DNA from: an uncultured Gemmatimonadales bacterium
GTDB taxonomy: Bacteria; Gemmatimonadota; Gemmatimonadetes; Gemmatimonadales; Gemmatimonadaceae
Direction of reading: 5' to 3'
Length of the DNA: 64,000 nucleotides
Assembly (NCBI GenBank): GCA_963793305.1
Contig: CAWBZV010000005.1
Span: 1,312,001 to 1,376,000, forward strand
Shown here: piece after piece, positions 49,355-60,688 of the stretch
Layout of the letters: each line of letters begins with the position of its first letter
Numbering within the stretch: the stretch's first letter is position 1
Made by a program: the position numbers and the translations under genes
Notes under the pieces: generated by a model
Told to the model about the DNA's origin: nothing
Databases searched by the model: none
Seen by the model: only the letters and a program-made list of their open reading frames with translations

Positions 49355-51673
49355 ATGCTAGGAATCTTCGCATTAGCGGCCGTCCTCGGTGGCAACGTCG
49401 TGGGAACGGTAACGGACAGCGCCAGCGGCGCGCCGTTGCCGAGCGTCGAGGTGACGGTGCAGCAGGGCACCGCGATCGTCGCCAATACATCGACCGACCC
49501 CTTCGGTCGATACATCATCCACAACATCGCCGCCGGCTCGTACACCGTTGCCGCGCACTTCATTGGGTTCCTGCCGCAGTCCCGGCCGCTGACGATCGCC
49601 AGCGGGACCGTGCATGCGGACTTCAAGCTGATCTCGGCGCCACCACAGCTCGAGGCCGTCCAGGTCTCGTCGCGGGCACCCGTCGCGGTCGATACGCGAT
49701 CGGGTGACCAAACGTACACGCAAGACGAATCCCACTCCGCGCCCACGACCACAACGTCCGGCATCCTGCAACAGTCGATCGCGGGCGCCGCTCGCGCGCC
49801 CACCGGCGAAGTGCACATTCGCGGACAACACGCCGAGTACCAGTACTACATCGACGGCGTCCCAGTGCCGTCCGGTGTGTCGGGCTCCCTGAACGAGCTC
49901 TTCGACCCGGCCGTCGTCCAAAGCATCGATTTTCAAACGGGCGCATGGGACGCCGAGTACGGCGGAAAAAACGTAGCCGTGATCAATATCCAAACGCGCG
50001 TGCCCGCCGGCGGATTCCACGGCGAAGAAGCCACCTACGGCGGCTCCTATGGGGCGCTCGGCCAGTCGCTCTCGATGAGCGGCAACGACGGCCCGATCGG
50101 CGCGTTCTTTTCCGGCACCGCGCAGGGGTCGAACATGCGACTCGAACCGGTGGAGGCGGCCGGCAATGACGCGCCGGTCAACTTTCACAACGCGGGACAG
50201 GATTATTTCGGCTTCGGGAAGCTGCAGTACGCGGGAGGGGCGCATGACATCCTCTCGCTGGATGGGAACTACTCGAAGACCCACTTCGACATCCCGTACG
50301 ACTCGGCCGGCGGCGCGTTCTTGAACGATCACCAGACGGACGTCAACGCCTTTCTCAACCTGTCCTATCGCCACAACTTCGGCGACTCATCCGCACAGCT
50401 CTTCGTCGGGCCATTCTATCGCCACGGGTCACTCGACTATGTGCCTGGCACGAACGACAACCCGACGTTCGTCGACGCCCAGGACCCGACCCGCACGCCC
50501 CGCACCGTCTCCGAGGATCGCTCGTTCAACACGGTCGGCCTCAAGACGGACCTCTCGGTCCCGATCATCTCGGACGTCATCGAAGGCAAAGTGGGGACGC
50601 TCTACTCACACACCTCCGGCAACGAGAACTTCGAGCTCACTGACCCCACCGGCCTCCACGGCCCGATCCAGTCGATATCGAACCTCGACGGGTACGATTG
50701 GGGGAGCTACGCGCAGGTGTCGATCAAGCCCTTCGAATGGATCGAGCTGCGCACGGGCGTCCGCTTCGACAGCCACGTCGCGCCGTTCGCCGGGAACCAG
50801 ACGCAATGGAGCCCGCGCGTACGGCTCAATTTCTTCCCCAGCCCGTCGAACACGATCTATCTCTACTTCGGCCGGCAGTTCATTCCGACGAACATCGAGG
50901 ACCTGCGGTCGATCACCAAGCAGGGAGATTCGAACGTCGTCACGACGCCCACGCTGCCAGAGCGCGATGCGTTCTACGAAGGCGGGTATGTCCATCGCTT
51001 CCCACTCGGCTTCGTGAACAAGACCGCGGTGTACCACAAAGTGAGCACGCCCGGTATCGACGATAACACCGTGCCCGGATCATCGATCACCACCGACGTG
51101 AATATCGCCGAGGTTCAGGTGGTCGGTCTGGAAGACGCGCTGGAGTGGCAACAACCGAAGGGGCCGTTCTCCGGCTACGTCAACTTCGCGATCAACCACG
51201 CATACGGTCGCGGCCCGGTCAGCGGCGGATTCTTTCCGATCTCGACCCCGACCTACACGTTCGACCTGGACCACGATCAGCGCGTGTCGGTGGTAGCCAA
51301 CCTCACGTACAGCGCCCACGCATTCTACGCGACGGCGAGCAGCATCTACGGCACCGGCCTGACGAACGGCTTGACGCCGGATGGCGGTGTCCCGAACGAC
51401 ACCGGCAGCGTGTCCAAAGGGACTTTTCAGCCGGGCTACAAGAACTACGGAACCTGCCTCTTCTGCTTCAATAGCGAGTTCAAAGTCCACCCGAGCTATA
51501 TCCAGAACTTGAGCCTCGGGTACACGCTCTTCGCGCAGCGGACCTACATCAGGCCCGAGGTGTTCTTCACGAACCTCTTCGACGCCCACTATATCCTTAA
51601 GGGCGCCTTCTTCAGCGGGGAATCCATCGGCCGACCGTTCACCGTTAATTTTCGGCTAACGCTCGGAGTGTAA
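49355..51673 (+). CDS. TonB-dependent receptor with an N-terminal carboxypeptidase-regulatory-like domain
   Basis: GTVTD..GAPL, IRG..YIDGVP plug, AEYGG..VINI, SPR, NLFD..Y. Confidence 0.88.
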   Translation: MLGIFALAAVLGGNVVGTVTDSASGAPLPSVEVTVQQGTAIVANTSTDPFGRYIIHNIAAGSYTVAAHFIGFLPQSRPLTIASGTVHADFKLISAPPQLEAVQVSSRAPVAVDTRSGDQTYTQDESHSAPTTTTSGILQQSIAGAARAPTGEVHIRGQHAEYQYYIDGVPVPSGVSGSLNELFDPAVVQSIDFQTGAWDAEYGGKNVAVINIQTRVPAGGFHGEEATYGGSYGALGQSLSMSGNDGPIGAFFSGTAQGSNMRLEPVEAAGNDAPVNFHNAGQDYFGFGKLQYAGGAHDILSLDGNYSKTHFDIPYDSAGGAFLNDHQTDVNAFLNLSYRHNFGDSSAQLFVGPFYRHGSLDYVPGTNDNPTFVDAQDPTRTPRTVSEDRSFNTVGLKTDLSVPIISDVIEGKVGTLYSHTSGNENFELTDPTGLHGPIQSISNLDGYDWGSYAQVSIKPFEWIELRTGVRFDSHVAPFAGNQTQWSPRVRLNFFPSPSNTIYLYFGRQFIPTNIEDLRSITKQGDSNVVTTPTLPERDAFYEGGYVHRFPLGFVNKTAVYHKVSTPGIDDNTVPGSSITTDVNIAEVQVVGLEDALEWQQPKGPFSGYVNFAINHAYGRGPVSGGFFPISTPTYTFDLDHDQRVSVVANLTYSAHAFYATASSIYGTGLTNGLTPDGGVPNDTGSVSKGTFQPGYKNYGTCLFCFNSEFKVHPSYIQNLSLGYTLFAQRTYIRPEVFFTNLFDAHYILKGAFFSGESIGRPFTVNFRLTLGV

Positions 51674-53502
51674 TGACCCCAAACGATACAACGACCCTCG
51701 TCCATCTCGTCGGATTCCTGGCGGGGGTCGTGTTGTACGCGATGCTGGCGGTGATGACCGTCCGCCAGCACGCCGCCGGCGACCGCATCGCGTTGGCCAC
51801 TGCCGTCCTCGGCCTCGCCTGGAACTCGGTCGCCTTGGTGATCTACGGCCTCCACGATCTCGGGCTCCCCGCGCCATTGCCGCGCGCTTGGCCTTGGATC
51901 GTGGCGTTGGCGTTCTGCGCCCTCGGCTTCCTGCCGGCTGTCGTCGTCCACTCGGCGGTGCAGTCCGCGGCGCAGTCGGCCGGGCGCCGACGGGGCGGTC
52001 GGGCGCTCGTCTCGCTCGCCTACGGCCTGAGCACAGTCGCCGCGGCGCTGCAGCTCATCGCGGCCGGACGCGGCGAGCCGCTCCCGTCACGCGCGGCCCT
52101 GCAGACAACATCGATCGGCTTCTCGGTGCTGATCGTCGTCCTCGCCCTGTTCGCTCGCCGGCAGCCCGGATGGCGACGCGCGCTCACGGCCGTGGCGCTC
52201 GCCGCGTTCGCGGTCATGGCATTGCACCTGAGCCAACACACCGGAGGCACCGAATCGTGGCCCACGGAGCTCCTCGGCCACCACGCCTCGCTGCCGCTCG
52301 CGCTGGTCATTCTCTATCAAGACTACCGGTTCGCGTTCGCGGACTTGTTTCTCAAGCGCGTCCTGACGGTCGTCGCGCTGCTCGCCATCACCGTCGCGCT
52401 CTATCGGATCGTGATCGCCACGCAACTGGTCGCGGTCCTCGTCGGCTTGTGGGTCGCGACGGCGCTCGCCTATCCCTGGCTTCGCCGGCTGATCTACAAG
52501 GGCGTCGACCGGCTCATCCTGCGCCGCGCGGACTATACCCGCGTGCGGGCCGAGATGACGGGGTGCGTCGCGGCGCTGGACTCGGAACCACAGATTCTCG
52601 ACGCCGCGTGCGAGATCGTGCGCATCGCGCTGACGGCGCGCCAGGTCACGTGGACCACGACGCCACGAGAGGGGGGGGGCACGGTCATCCGCGTTCCGAC
52701 GACCGAGGAGCCCATCTACTTCATCGAGGTCCATGGCTTGGCCGCCGGCCGACGCCTCCTGTCCGACGATCTGGCGATGCTGGAGGCAGTCGCGTTGATC
52801 GTGGCGCGGCGGATCGACGCGGTTCGCGTCACCCGCGAGCGCTACGGCCGCGACCTCCGCGAGCGCGAGATTCTGCAACTGGCGACCGAGGCGCAACTGA
52901 CGGCGCTGCGCGCGCAGCTCAACCCGCACTTCCTGTTCAATGCGCTGACGACGATCGGCTATCTCATGGAAGCCGCGCCGCAGCGCGCGCTGGAGACGCT
53001 GTTTCGACTGACGGGATTGCTGCGCGCCGTTCTCAAAAGATCGGACGGAGAGCTGGGCACGCTCGCCGACGAGCTCGAGATCATTCGATCGTACCTGGGC
53101 GTCGAGGCGGCCCGTTTCGAGGAGCGTTTGGCGGTGACGATCGACGTGCCAGCCGATCTGTCGCCCGTGCCGCTGCCGCCGCTCATCTTGCAACCATTGG
53201 TCGAGAACGCGATCAAGCACGGCATCACGCCACGAAAAGAAGGCGGCCGACTGGTCCTCTCGGCGCGGCGGGACGGTCCCACCATGATCATCACGATTCT
53301 CGACACGGGCGTCGGCGTCTCGGCCGCCGATCTCGCCCAGCGCCGCGCTCGCGGGATCGGTCTCTCGAACGTCGAAGCGCGGCTCGCGCACTACTACGGC
53401 GCCGCCGCGTCGATCGCGGTGCGGAGCGCGCCCGGCGTTGGGACGACGATAGAGGTTCGCGTTCCCGTCGAACACGCCAAGGCCGCGGCGCGGGCCGGCT
53501 GA
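51673..53502 (+). CDS. LytS-type membrane histidine kinase
   Basis: Multi-TM N-terminus, LRAQLNPHFLFNAL, LQPLVENAIKHG. Confidence 0.92.
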   Translation: MTPNDTTTLVHLVGFLAGVVLYAMLAVMTVRQHAAGDRIALATAVLGLAWNSVALVIYGLHDLGLPAPLPRAWPWIVALAFCALGFLPAVVVHSAVQSAAQSAGRRRGGRALVSLAYGLSTVAAALQLIAAGRGEPLPSRAALQTTSIGFSVLIVVLALFARRQPGWRRALTAVALAAFAVMALHLSQHTGGTESWPTELLGHHASLPLALVILYQDYRFAFADLFLKRVLTVVALLAITVALYRIVIATQLVAVLVGLWVATALAYPWLRRLIYKGVDRLILRRADYTRVRAEMTGCVAALDSEPQILDAACEIVRIALTARQVTWTTTPREGGGTVIRVPTTEEPIYFIEVHGLAAGRRLLSDDLAMLEAVALIVARRIDAVRVTRERYGRDLREREILQLATEAQLTALRAQLNPHFLFNALTTIGYLMEAAPQRALETLFRLTGLLRAVLKRSDGELGTLADELEIIRSYLGVEAARFEERLAVTIDVPADLSPVPLPPLILQPLVENAIKHGITPRKEGGRLVLSARRDGPTMIITILDTGVGVSAADLAQRRARGIGLSNVEARLAHYYGAAASIAVRSAPGVGTTIEVRVPVEHAKAAARAG

Positions 53503-53507
53503 TCACG

Positions 53508-54282
53508 GTGCGAGTCGTCATTGCCGACGATGAGCGACCGGCCCGCGCGTTCCTGGCGGCGACGCTGCGGGCGCTCGACGGCGTAGAGCTCGTCGGCGAA
53601 GCGACCGGCGGCGCGGACGCGGTCACGCTCATCGAGCGCACGCACCCGGATCTCGCGCTGCTCGACCTCCAGATGCCGGAGGTCGATGGGTTGGCGGTCG
53701 TGCGCCTCGTGCGCCGGGATCGGCTGCCACTCGTAGCGTTCGTGACCGCGTACGATGAGTACGCGGTGCAGGCATTCGAGTTGAGCGCGATCGACTACTT
53801 GCTCAAGCCCGTCGAGCCGGCGCGCTTACGCGAGACGGTCGCCCGGGCCGCGGCCCGTCTCGCCGGGAGTCGATACCCGCGCGGTCGAGGTCGACCGACT
53901 GCGGGCGGCGGTCGTCGCCTACGATCGCGGCGCGCCGCCGGCCGAGTATCTGCGGCGCATTCCCGTGCGGCGTCGTGATGACACGATCATTCTGCCAACC
54001 GAGCAGATCGTCGCCATCGTTGCCGACGGTGAGCTCTTGCACCTCACGACCGGGACCGGTGAGCGGCATACGATCACGTATCGTCTCAAGGATCTGGAGT
54101 TGAAACTGGATCCGGGTCGTTTTGTCCGATTGTCACGCAGCGCCATCGTCAACATCGACGCGGTCGCGCGTGTGAGCCCGATGCCCGGCGGGACGTACGT
54201 GGTGACGTTGACGAACAAACTTCAGGTGGCCGTAAGCCGGGGCCGGGCGCGGACGCTGCGGGACGTGTTACTGCGACTGTAG
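53508..54282 (+). CDS. LytTR response regulator, split by a +1 G insertion near 53866
   Basis: REC (ADDE, FVTAYDEYA, DYLLKP) followed in the next frame by FVRLSRSAIVN and VSR; span is 3n+1. Confidence 0.88.
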
Positions 54283-54295
54283 CCACAAGTGACAC

Positions 54296-54751
54296 TCAGG
54301 GACCCGCGTCCGGCGAACGAATGCGACTCGCGATGGCGGGCCACGCGACGCGAGTGAAATGCGCGACGTTCCAGGTGTATACCGCATTGACACCAGCGCG
54401 CTCGGCGGCTTTGAGTATCAAGGCGTCGAACACCTGTCCGCTGCGGATTCCCGCACGCGCGCAGTGTGAGAGCACCCAGCGATAGTCCGCGACGTCCAGC
54501 GCCACAGCGGTGAAGACCGATGCCGCGTGCTCCACGTTAGCCAAGACGTTGGTGGTCCGTCGCATGCGCGGGGGAGGTGTCGCGGTAAGTGTCGCATAGA
54601 GCTCGGCGAGCGTGTGGGCGGCGCAGAAAGCCCGATCCGGTTTTGCTGTGGCCACGAGGGCGAGCGAAGGGGCGTGATGTTGATGCACGGTGTCGGATGC
54701 GGCGACCAACACCGTCGTATCGCAGCAGAACGTGGATCGCGTTCGACTCAC
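54296..54751 (-). CDS. vapC: PIN-domain toxin (VapC-like)
   Basis: DTTVLVAA, TLAELY, FDALI, TWN..HF. Confidence 0.85.
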   Translation of the reverse strand: MSRTRSTFCCDTTVLVAASDTVHQHHAPSLALVATAKPDRAFCAAHTLAELYATLTATPPPRMRRTTNVLANVEHAASVFTAVALDVADYRWVLSHCARAGIRSGQVFDALILKAAERAGVNAVYTWNVAHFTRVAWPAIASRIRSPDAGP

Positions 54752-54758
54752 TCGCCGG

Positions 54759-55031
54759 TCATCCGCGCGTGCGGCGATCGCGTTCGGCGTCGACCACCGC
54801 GACCGGGTCCACCGACTCGCGAGCGTCGTCGCTCGTCTCGGAGTGGAAGACCACCCATCCACTCGGAGCGCGCGTCGCCGGGACCTCGTGACCAACGGGT
54901 CGCAACACGATCCCGTCGGGAGTCTCCACGATTTCCATCTCGTGCGAGGCCCCGGAAATGCCGAAGCGATCACGCACCGCGCGGGGGAGCACCACGCGGC
55001 CAGAGCGATCCATTATTACGGTTCTGGCCAT
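54759..55031 (-). CDS. vapB: AbrB/MazE-type antitoxin (VapB-like)
   Basis: MDRSGRVVLPRAVRDRFGI..GIVLRP. Confidence 0.85.
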   Translation of the reverse strand: MARTVIMDRSGRVVLPRAVRDRFGISGASHEMEIVETPDGIVLRPVGHEVPATRAPSGWVVFHSETSDDARESVDPVAVVDAERDRRTRG

Positions 55032-55070
55032 GGCTAAAGATTGCCATAAATTGAGCCATTGTCAAGCCAT
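55027..55070 (-). promoter_or_regulatory. TA operon promoter/operator
   Basis: TTGACA at 55065-55060 and four ATGGC repeats running up to the start codon. Confidence 0.6.
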
Positions 55071-55311
55071 GCGCCTTCCATGCCACTCATCACCAGTACG
55101 CCAGTGCCGCAAGGGTGGCTCCTGGGTCAGCGTGACGCTGGTTAGCGCAGGGTTCGGACGCGTGTTGCGTGAGTGGCGCGCCAGACTGGTCTTCGCGTCC
55201 GCCGGACACGTCGTGCACGAGTATGCGATTCCGCTCGAGACGATGGACCGTCGACGCCTCGTATCGGTGCGTTCGACGTGACGTAGGCGTTCGCTCTTCA
55301 GTCCGTGGAAG

Positions 55312-57009
<1,698 letters not shown>

Positions 57010-57017
57010 GAGGCCCG

Positions 57018-58262
57018 TTGCTCGACCGTCGCCGCTTCCTCGGAATGAGCTCGATGTTCGCCGCTGGTCTGTCGCTGCTGCCGGACGCCGTACTCTACGA
57101 GCGCGATCCGGACGCCTACTGGGCGGACATTCGCAAGAAATTCCTGATCCCGAGAGACGAGGTCTACCTCAACAACGGGACGGTCGGCTCGAGCCCTGCG
57201 CCAGTGCTCCAAGCGGTGTTCGACGGGTACAACACGCTCGAGAAGATGGCCGATGTGGACCCCGAGGATTACCCGATCTGGGGTTACGCGGCGTGGAACC
57301 AGTTTCGAGATCCGCTGGCCGCATTTGTGGGCTGCGCCCGCGACAATCTCGCCCTCGTTCGGAATAGCACGGAAGCGAACAGTTATCTGGCAAACGGGAT
57401 CGACCTCAAGCCAGGCGACGAGGTGCTCATGACGGACCAAGAGCACCCGGGTGGCGAGCATCCGTGGAACCTCAAAGCGAAGCGCTACGGAGTCGTCGTC
57501 AAGAAGGTCGCGCTGCCGAAGCCCGTGAAGGACGCAAATCAGGTGCTGACGCTGTTCAACGACGCGATCACCGATCGCACGCGGGTAATATTTTTCAGCC
57601 ACATCACGACCGTCACGGGTGTCGTGCTGCCGGCCAAGGAGCTCTGTGCGCTGGCTCGCACCAAGGGAATCCTGTCGTTCGTCGATGGCGCACACGTCAC
57701 CGGCATGATGCGCTTGAACGTGACGGACCTGGGCTGCGACGCGTATTCGTCGAGCCCGCACAAGTGGCTGCAAGCGCCTAAGGGCACCGGGTTCCTCTAC
57801 ATTCGCGACGACGTGATGGACCGGGTCTGGAACACGATCGTCACCGAAGGCTGGGACGAGCCAAAGCTTAAGGCCGAGCGCTTCCAGCGGATCGGGTCGT
57901 CGAACGTCCCGTCGCTCTGGGGACTCAAGGCCGCGATCGAGTTCGCCAGCTCGATCGGGATCGACAAGATCGAGAGTCGTCACCGCGAGCTCTGTGACTA
58001 TATCCTCGCCGAGATGATGAAGCGCGGGGCCGAGTCGTGGACATCACCGGATCCCGCGCTGCGCTGCGCGATCGCGACGGTGAACGTCCCGCCGATCAAG
58101 AAGACGGATCTGGAGACGTGGCTGTGGCAGAAGCACAAGATCCGCATCCGCGGCGGCGACCCGTCGAAGCTCCGGCTCTCGACACCGTACTATCTCCAGC
58201 GGAAGGATATCGACCGGTATCTCGCCGCGTTCGACCAGTACAAGGCCGGCAAACTTACATAA
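57018..58262 (+). CDS. Tat-signal class V PLP enzyme (isopenicillin N epimerase/cysteine desulfurase-like)
   Basis: DRRRFL Tat motif, YLNNGT, DGAH, SPHKWL. Confidence 0.85.
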   Translation: MLDRRRFLGMSSMFAAGLSLLPDAVLYERDPDAYWADIRKKFLIPRDEVYLNNGTVGSSPAPVLQAVFDGYNTLEKMADVDPEDYPIWGYAAWNQFRDPLAAFVGCARDNLALVRNSTEANSYLANGIDLKPGDEVLMTDQEHPGGEHPWNLKAKRYGVVVKKVALPKPVKDANQVLTLFNDAITDRTRVIFFSHITTVTGVVLPAKELCALARTKGILSFVDGAHVTGMMRLNVTDLGCDAYSSSPHKWLQAPKGTGFLYIRDDVMDRVWNTIVTEGWDEPKLKAERFQRIGSSNVPSLWGLKAAIEFASSIGIDKIESRHRELCDYILAEMMKRGAESWTSPDPALRCAIATVNVPPIKKTDLETWLWQKHKIRIRGGDPSKLRLSTPYYLQRKDIDRYLAAFDQYKAGKLT

Positions 58263-58303
58263 CGTAGCGAGCGTGGAGAAATTCTCGTTGAGGAGGCGTG
58301 CGT

Positions 58304-58921
58304 ATGCTCCTGCTCATGACGAAAGCATACCTCCAATCGATCCGCGAGATTCAACAAGTGACGGGGCCGAACATGTGCCTGGCCTCGAGCAAGTTTCTCG
58401 CGTTGAAGTTGCTCGGATTTGTTCGCGCGCACGCGACGCTCAATGATTTTCTGCGCTCACCGTGGGCGAAGCGGCACCAGGATCTACCGCTGCAGGGTTG
58501 TTGGGGCGGCAGCATCACGGAGCACAACGCGATGTTCAACGCGACCGTGCTGCCCGCGGCCATCAATGACGCGACGGCCAACGTGAAGACTTCGGGCAGT
58601 CGGCGGGTGAAGTTCCACCAGGGTTTCACATACTGGTACGGGAATCCCGCCAAGGCCGACACGATGCTGTCGCAGCTCACGCCACTCGTCGTGGGCGTGA
58701 GCATCCACGGCGGGACCGCTCGCGATCATTTCATCGTGATCTTCCGGGATCACGCCGGCCAGGCGTGGGCGATCGACTCCTGGCCGGGTGATCTGGACAA
58801 GGCAGTGGCTCAGCTCAGCGATGACTTCAGCTTCGCGACGTCCACGTCAGTTCACATGACCGCTGATGCCAAAGTCACCAGCATCCCCTGTGGGATGCCG
58901 TTCTTTGGCTACTTTGGCTGA
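58304..58921 (+). CDS. Putative papain-fold (C39-like) cysteine hydrolase
   Basis: QQVTGPNMC, DHFIVIF and AIDSW give a Q-C-H-D order; strong RBS GAGGAGG. Confidence 0.5.
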   Translation: MLLLMTKAYLQSIREIQQVTGPNMCLASSKFLALKLLGFVRAHATLNDFLRSPWAKRHQDLPLQGCWGGSITEHNAMFNATVLPAAINDATANVKTSGSRRVKFHQGFTYWYGNPAKADTMLSQLTPLVVGVSIHGGTARDHFIVIFRDHAGQAWAIDSWPGDLDKAVAQLSDDFSFATSTSVHMTADAKVTSIPCGMPFFGYFG

Positions 58922-59768
58922 GCGAGCCGGGTAGGCGGCTTCGTGCTCGGCGGCCTGCTGTACGGCCCAGGTGAGCGCGTAGTCGGCAACCTCCTCCCAG
59001 CCTTTCTCGCCGATCGTGAAGTGTGACCGCTCCGGGAACTCCCTGAAGTCCACGTTCGCGTTCGACTGGGCCGCTGCGTACAGGCCATACGTGGCCTGCG
59101 TCAGCGACGCCGGCGCGATGTGGTCCTTGCCGCCGGCGATGAGCAGGAGCGGCGCGCGGTAGTCGTTCTCGAAATTGATGGCCGCCGGCGAGTGAGGGGA
59201 CAGGTTCGCGAGCGCGTCCTCGAAGAGCACGCGATTCGTACCCGGGACTTCATAGCGGTCGTAGGCCACCGCCGCCTCCTCGTCCGTCATCGTGTTCGTG
59301 AACGCGTAATGGAACTCGGCCGACGTTTCCTCGTGTGTCTTGTTCACGCCGAACGGATTGCGGAGCGAGGGGAAGGCGGTGCGCAGCGTGGAGATCGGCA
59401 GCACCCAGAATGCCTTTCGGGGGCGCCGGATCGATCGAGACCCCGGCCGCGCCGAGACCGCGATCGAGGAGGATCTGCGTGACGAGTCCACCGAACGAGT
59501 GACCCATGAGAATTGGCGGCCGCTCCTGCTCGCGAATGATCGCGTCGAAATGGTCGACAATCTGCTTCAATCCGAGGCCCGCGATGCGCGACGGATCTCG
59601 CCGAAGGTCCTCGACGCTGACATCCTCCATGCCCGGCCAGCCACGGGCGATGACGTTGTAGCCCTTGGCGGTGAAGCGCTCGATCCAATGCTCCCAACTG
59701 AGCGCGGTCACCCACAGGCCATGAATGAGAACGATCGATGGCGCGGCGACATCGGGTTGACTCGACAT
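58847..59768 (-). CDS. Alpha/beta hydrolase, split by a +1 G insertion near 59405
   Basis: LIHGLW, GHSFGG nucleophile elbow, GKDH, RSHF; span is 3n+1. Confidence 0.85.
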
Positions 59769-59781
59769 GTTACCTTCCCTG

Positions 59782-60681
59782 ATGAAGAAAGACGTCTCAC
59801 TGATCGTACTCATGGCCGCGGGACCGGCGCTAGCCCAGGTCCCGACCTATCCCGCCACGTTCCACACGCGTGACATCGCCACGAACGGCGCGGTGATCCA
59901 CGTGCGCATCGGCGGGAAGGGTCCAGCGGTCCTCCTGCTGCATGGCTTCGGCGATACTGGCGACATGTGGGCGCCCTTGGCTGCCGATCTCATGAGCGAC
60001 CACACAGTGATCGCCCCCGATCTTCGCGGGATGGGCCTCTCGTCCCACCCGGATGCCGGCTACGACAAAAAGAACGAAGCCGCCGACATGGCCGACGTCC
60101 TCGACACGCTCAAGATCGGCAAGGTCGATGTCGTCGCCCACGACATCGGGAACATGGTGGCATTCGCGTTCGTCGCCCGGTACCCCGACCGAGCCAACAA
60201 GCTCGTGCTCATGGATGCGCCGGTTCCCGGGGTCGCCAACTGGGACGAGCTCTCTCATACGCCCAAGACCTGGCATTTCTATTTCTACGGGCCCGACGAG
60301 GAGCGGCTGGTCGCCGGCCGCGAGCGCATCTATCTCGATCGGTTCTACGACGAGTTCTCAGCGCACCCCGCCAAGGTCAACGAAGGGATCCGCGAGCACT
60401 ACACGGCGCTCTATGCCCGGCCGCACGCGATACACGATGCCTTTGAGCAGTTCAAGGCATTCCCGCAGGACGCCAAAGACAACCAGGCGTGGCTCGCCAA
60501 CGGCAAGCTCTCCACCCCCGTTCTCGCGATCGGGGGCGAGAAATCGTACGGAGCCGGTCTGGCGGACGTGGCCCGGGCGGCGTTTACGAACGTCCAGGGC
60601 GCGGTGATTCCCGATGCCGGCCATTGGCTGATGGAGGAGCAACCGCAGGCCGTTATCGCTGCCGTGCGGCCATTTCTCTAG
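59782..60681 (+). CDS. Alpha/beta hydrolase (epoxide hydrolase-like)
   Basis: LLHGFG, DLRGMG, AHDIG (Asp nucleophile), GHWLMEE. Confidence 0.9.
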   Translation: MKKDVSLIVLMAAGPALAQVPTYPATFHTRDIATNGAVIHVRIGGKGPAVLLLHGFGDTGDMWAPLAADLMSDHTVIAPDLRGMGLSSHPDAGYDKKNEAADMADVLDTLKIGKVDVVAHDIGNMVAFAFVARYPDRANKLVLMDAPVPGVANWDELSHTPKTWHFYFYGPDEERLVAGRERIYLDRFYDEFSAHPAKVNEGIREHYTALYARPHAIHDAFEQFKAFPQDAKDNQAWLANGKLSTPVLAIGGEKSYGAGLADVARAAFTNVQGAVIPDAGHWLMEEQPQAVIAAVRPFL

Positions 60682-60688
60682 AGGCGTC

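Noticed and set aside
51888..53978. Long alternative-frame or antisense ORFs (also 13923-15983, 4242-5744, 55305-56990)
   Set aside because: Arg/Ala/Pro-rich shadow ORFs typical of high-GC DNA, overlapping well-supported genes
55080..55281. Small ORF between vapB and the CHASE3 kinase
   Set aside because: No clear start or RBS and no recognisable motif; at most a gene fragment
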